Made by a program: the position numbers and the translations under genes. From Sulfolobus acidocaldarius DSM 639 (GTDB lineage: Archaea > Thermoproteota > Thermoprotei_A > Sulfolobales > Sulfolobaceae): a DNA stretch of 32,000 nucleotides. Under the pieces are notes generated by a model. The model did not search any database and was not told the origin of the DNA. It was given only the letters and a program-made list of their open reading frames with translations. Position 1 is the stretch's first letter; each line of letters starts with the position of its first letter. The DNA lies in the NCBI RefSeq assembly GCF_000012285.1, contig NC_007181.1, forward strand, positions 1,410,001-1,442,000, read 5' to 3'. Below are positions 29,070 through 32,000 of this stretch, in pieces.

Positions 29070-30871
29070 GAAATATGGGGTTTGTGAGAAGAATATCCAA
29101 GTTTAAAAAAGCCATCTCTCCTGCATTAGGAATGATTTTTGTCTTGATAATAATAGTAGCAGTTCTAATCCCATTATCAATTTTACTTTTTTCTGTTCCC
29201 ACATCTCAGCAAGTTGCAGCTCAGAACTCAAAGGCTGTGTCAAGTATAGCTCAACAAGAATTAAGCGAAATCGCAGTAATAGAGACTCCCTCACAGTTGC
29301 AATCCATAATAACTAGGAATACCCAGTTTTCATCGACTTCTCCTATATACTACGCATTAATGTACTACGTTAATAATACAGGATCATGGTTGTATATCGT
29401 TATTCTCCAAAATAACCCAAATGTAGTACTCAATATAACTTCGATTCTAGGACTTAACAGTAATGGTCAATGGGTTACAGTGAACAATGTCTTCCCTCAT
29501 TTACCTTTGTTAGCAAGTCCAAACACTCCTGGAACTAGTTTAGCCGGATATCCCGCATATTTGATTAGAATAGGCGGAAATTATGTGGAGTTGGCTGTCA
29601 TAACTCAGTTGGGAAACATTATAGCTGTACCCAAGTACGACGGTGGTTTATATCAACCCAATGGAATGTCAGCAATAATCTCATTGGATCCTAATAGTTT
29701 TCACGTTTTACAGAATCCTTCGTTAATTCTACTGGGCTCACCAAACCTCAGTAGCTTAATACAACAATACGGGAACACCTTAACGTTTTATGCCTTTGGA
29801 ATATTACCTAGTCAAAATAATTATATATCATGGTATTATGAGGGACCTATGTATATTCTACGTTCTTCAAAGCTATTTAACGGAAACATTAGTAACGCAG
29901 TAATGAGTTTAGCCCCAGGTTCAACAATGAGCGTTCAAAGTAATAATTGGAATATAAATATTACAGGAACTGCTAAGGTTCAATTATCTCAATTTACAGG
30001 TAAGGTACTATTTCCAAATGGAACGATTAAACAGTACAATGATTCTAGTCTTACAGTAGTGCTAAACAATCAAGCGGCATCAGTATTAGGTTCTGGGCAA
30101 ATCTCAGTAACAAATACTCAAGTTTTAAACGTAACCAAGTTAACGGGAAATATAGAGAATGCAATAGTTTACTTATCAGGAAATGTACAGCCTGGTTTTA
30201 CATTCTTCACTGGGTATATGAATGGGACATTGCTAAGCAATATCGCAATTCCAATTATAAACGATCTACCCACTGGCCTGGTTTTACCATTAATCACATT
30301 GCTCTCAAGTACAATAGACGGACTATCTAATTTAGGAACCCTCTTATCTTCCTTAATAGAAGGAGTATCAGGATTGGGAAATTCTGCAGTGTCTTCTTTA
30401 CTACCTCCAATTATAATATCTGCAGAGAAGGTGACGGGTGTTAACATCATCTATTTAGCTGCAGTGACTCCTGAAATAATAACCTTAAAAGGCGTAGTAT
30501 ACAATCCTACTTCGCAGTTACTATACATTAATTATACATATATCATGCTTCAGGAATACGATACATTGAGCGGTGTTGGTGGACCAACAACACTAGGGCA
30601 AATAGTTGGTATGGTTCAAGTGCCTGTCAATATGTATGTTTACCCTGGTACATATCAAGACATAGATCTGAAGGTAGGGATACCATTGACCTTACCAAAT
30701 GTCTTGCTAAATAATTTACTATCAAATAGTGACAATCAAGGACCAGCAACTCTGACCTTGTCTTCAACTTATAGAGTATTAACCATAGAGACTTATACAA
30801 ACATGGGGCTCATATCGTCAGGTCAGTTTATATTACCTTCTACTCAGCCACCTGTTTCGCTCCCAGATTAG
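29066..30871 (+). CDS. large (about 600 aa) extracellular protein with class III (prepilin-like) signal peptide (P2)
   Basis: MGFVRRISKFKKA|ISPALGMIFVLIIIVAVLIPLSILLF combines a basic leader, a small residue at -1 and a hydrophobic helix, as in PibD substrates. Many N-x-S/T sequons follow. The start is GTG 29066 or ATG 29075. Confidence 0.7.
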   Translation: MRNMGFVRRISKFKKAISPALGMIFVLIIIVAVLIPLSILLFSVPTSQQVAAQNSKAVSSIAQQELSEIAVIETPSQLQSIITRNTQFSSTSPIYYALMYYVNNTGSWLYIVILQNNPNVVLNITSILGLNSNGQWVTVNNVFPHLPLLASPNTPGTSLAGYPAYLIRIGGNYVELAVITQLGNIIAVPKYDGGLYQPNGMSAIISLDPNSFHVLQNPSLILLGSPNLSSLIQQYGNTLTFYAFGILPSQNNYISWYYEGPMYILRSSKLFNGNISNAVMSLAPGSTMSVQSNNWNINITGTAKVQLSQFTGKVLFPNGTIKQYNDSSLTVVLNNQAASVLGSGQISVTNTQVLNVTKLTGNIENAIVYLSGNVQPGFTFFTGYMNGTLLSNIAIPIINDLPTGLVLPLITLLSSTIDGLSNLGTLLSSLIEGVSGLGNSAVSSLLPPIIISAEKVTGVNIIYLAAVTPEIITLKGVVYNPTSQLLYINYTYIMLQEYDTLSGVGGPTTLGQIVGMVQVPVNMYVYPGTYQDIDLKVGIPLTLPNVLLNNLLSNSDNQGPATLTLSSTYRVLTIETYTNMGLISSGQFILPSTQPPVSLPD

Positions 30872-30898
30872 TTTTTAAACAAACTATTTTTTCTTTTT
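30872..30898 (+). terminator. T-rich tract (T5 then TTTTTTCTTTTT) after the P2 stop
   Basis: Read directly from the sequence. It lies in a convergent intergenic region. Confidence 0.3.
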
Positions 30899-30944
30899 CT
30901 CCATTCAATGGCTTTCATTCTTCCTCTCTATTCGTCCTCTATAT

Positions 30945-31511
30945 CTATGGGCTTTGAGGTACAGTTGTATAAGTATATACTATTCTAAACCAATAGTTGT
31001 TTACTTTATATATAATCCACACTACTAAATCTTGGTTACTAGAGACTCCATTATATATTATTGTAAATGGAGAATTAAAGGAGACCGTGTAGACCTGTAG
31101 CTTAGAAGGGGAATAAATTACTGACCCTCCTACGTCATATATACTCCCTGATATAGTGGTGGTGTTAGCTCGTTTATTGTTTGTCAAGTAAACTTGATAA
31201 TTCAGTGAAGAAGTAGACGGTGTAACTACTCCTACACTGGGCTGTAGTGATGCAGGTATTGTAAACGCTACTACCTCAATACTACCGTTAACGCTGGGGT
31301 TATAAACTTCTGCCACTACACTTCCTACAGTGTTATTTATAAGTAGAGGTCCCACAGACAGAGAAGTGGAACCAGCTATTTGGTTAGCTTGTTGCTGTGA
31401 TATTGAAAATACCTCTTTTGGTAAGAAGTAAGCGAATGAGAATGCTAGAAGTGCAATCCCAATACCTACTACAGCAATAATCAGTATTAATTGAGGAATT
31501 ACTGACTCCAT
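30945..31511 (-). CDS. small pilin/archaellin-like protein (P3), paralogue of P1
   Basis: The N-terminus is MESVIPQLILIIAVVGIGIALLAFSFAYFL. VVTPS and the C-terminal VVWIIYKVNNYWFRIVY align with P1. TTATATAT on the minus strand lies 26 nt upstream of the ATG. Confidence 0.6.
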   Translation of the reverse strand: MESVIPQLILIIAVVGIGIALLAFSFAYFLPKEVFSISQQQANQIAGSTSLSVGPLLINNTVGSVVAEVYNPSVNGSIEVVAFTIPASLQPSVGVVTPSTSSLNYQVYLTNNKRANTTTISGSIYDVGGSVIYSPSKLQVYTVSFNSPFTIIYNGVSSNQDLVVWIIYKVNNYWFRIVYTYTTVPQSP

Positions 31512-31592
31512 TGTTTAACAACTATAATCGACAATATATAAGTTTTTCAGAGGAATCGAAAGATATAAAACTGTCTTATACAATTTTAGAAT
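31512..31592. promoter_or_regulatory. divergent promoter region for P3 and P4
   Basis: ATATATAA (31534-31541, minus-strand TATA) is centred 26.5 nt from the P3 ATG. ATATAAAA (31563-31570) is centred 26.5 nt from the P4 GTG. This is a symmetric geometry for two leaderless transcripts. Confidence 0.45.
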
Positions 31593-32000
31593 GTGCCTAC
31601 TGTAGTAGCTACATTCATATTAGTCGTAGCTGTATTCTTGATATCTATCATAGTCTTCTTCTATTACGCAGGATACTTGGGTTTACTTTCTCCATCAATC
31701 TTAAACCAAGAGTACCTTATAGGTCTATCTAAATCTATACAGATAAGTGTCTCTAGTGTAGCATTTAAAGGTGTCTCACCAAACCTGATTAGCTTTAACG
31801 TTAGCTATTTAATCACAGTTAACTCTCCTACTAAAGTCCTCACAGTTGTCCCCTTTGTGACCTTAAATTCGCCTAGCATATTTTACTCTCAACCATCAAC
31901 AAAACAAAATGCAATAATTGCAAAAGCCAACTCAACAGGATATATTCCCCTTAAAAACTTCAAGATAAACGGACCTGTATATATACCACAACAGAGTATG
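31593..32000 (+). CDS. small pilin/archaellin-like protein (P4), 3'-truncated by the window edge; not in the ORF track
   Basis: The GTG start lies just after an in-frame TAG (31587-31589, one codon between them). There are 136 codons open to nt 32000. The N-terminus (M)PTVVATFILVVAVFLISIIVFFYYAGY matches the P1 VTTFILVIA motif. This reading replaces the implausible track ORF 31511..31732, which is in another frame. Confidence 0.5.
   Translation, partial: MPTVVATFILVVAVFLISIIVFFYYAGYLGLLSPSILNQEYLIGLSKSIQISVSSVAFKGVSPNLISFNVSYLITVNSPTKVLTVVPFVTLNSPSIFYSQPSTKQNAIIAKANSTGYIPLKNFKINGPVYIPQQSM

Noticed and set aside
31511-31732. Track ORF of 73 aa
   Set aside because: It covers the divergent promoter. 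The GTG-initiated frame from 31593 gives a pilin-like N-terminus homologous to P1 and stays open to the window end, so that frame is the real gene.
1-32000. Short antisense or overlapping track ORFs (for example 214-411, 1357-1701, 1837-2076, 2910-3110, 3701-3922, 5292-5647, 6982-7218, 7413-7613, 9034-9225, 10402-10695, 12324-12593, 13333-13527, 13878-14692, 14915-15157, 16018-16206, 17564-18250, 23036-23335, 25874-26104, 28984-29294, 30169-30450)
   Set aside because: Each lies entirely inside, or opposite, a longer ORF that has clear family motifs. Their translations are low-complexity or Ser/Leu/Ile-rich, as expected for off-frame reading.
1-32000. Search for tRNA, rRNA, CRISPR repeats, IS elements and integrases
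   Set aside because: No GC-rich cloverleaf-sized islands, no regularly spaced repeats and no transposase or integrase motifs were seen. The only GC-rich intergenic islands are the two 43-46 nt elements reported above.

Overview
AT-rich (about one-third GC by eye) archaeal chromosome segment with Sulfolobales hallmarks. TATA boxes sit about 26 nt upstream of start codons, implying leaderless mRNAs. GAGGTGA-type Shine-Dalgarno sites precede internal operon genes, GTG and TTG starts are frequent, and secreted proteins are dense in N-x-S/T sequons and carry Ser/Thr stalks. From memory only, the Trm10 and sHsp sequences resemble Sulfolobus acidocaldarius and S. tokodaii proteins; I could not run a search to confirm this. 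I call 29 CDS, two of them truncated by the window edges. Recognisable genes are the XPB helicase / Bax1 nuclease pair, a tandem-duplicated Lrp/AsnC regulator, an M32 carboxypeptidase, a giant MMPL/RND-type membrane protein, a SAM methyltransferase, an ABC1/UbiB kinase, an sHsp, a LutA/LutB-like Fe-S pair, a surface-anchored glycoprotein, an MFS(DHA2)-MarR operon, a dUTPase-family protein, an SMP-30/gluconolactonase, an M48 peptidase, tRNA methyltransferase Trm10 and an S9 peptidase. I saw no rRNA, tRNA, CRISPR array, transposase or integrase. Most of the window looks like ordinary core chromosome. Three things deserve a second look. (1) A cluster of at least four type-IV-pilin-like genes (28539 to the window end) has no assembly ATPase or platform gene in view. 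(2) A GC-rich 43-46 nt element occurs twice (23404 and 26199) and brackets the trm10 locus. (3) Two diverged paralogues with an apparently Cys-less TusA-like N-domain flank trm10. All functional calls rest on motifs read by eye; no database search was possible.
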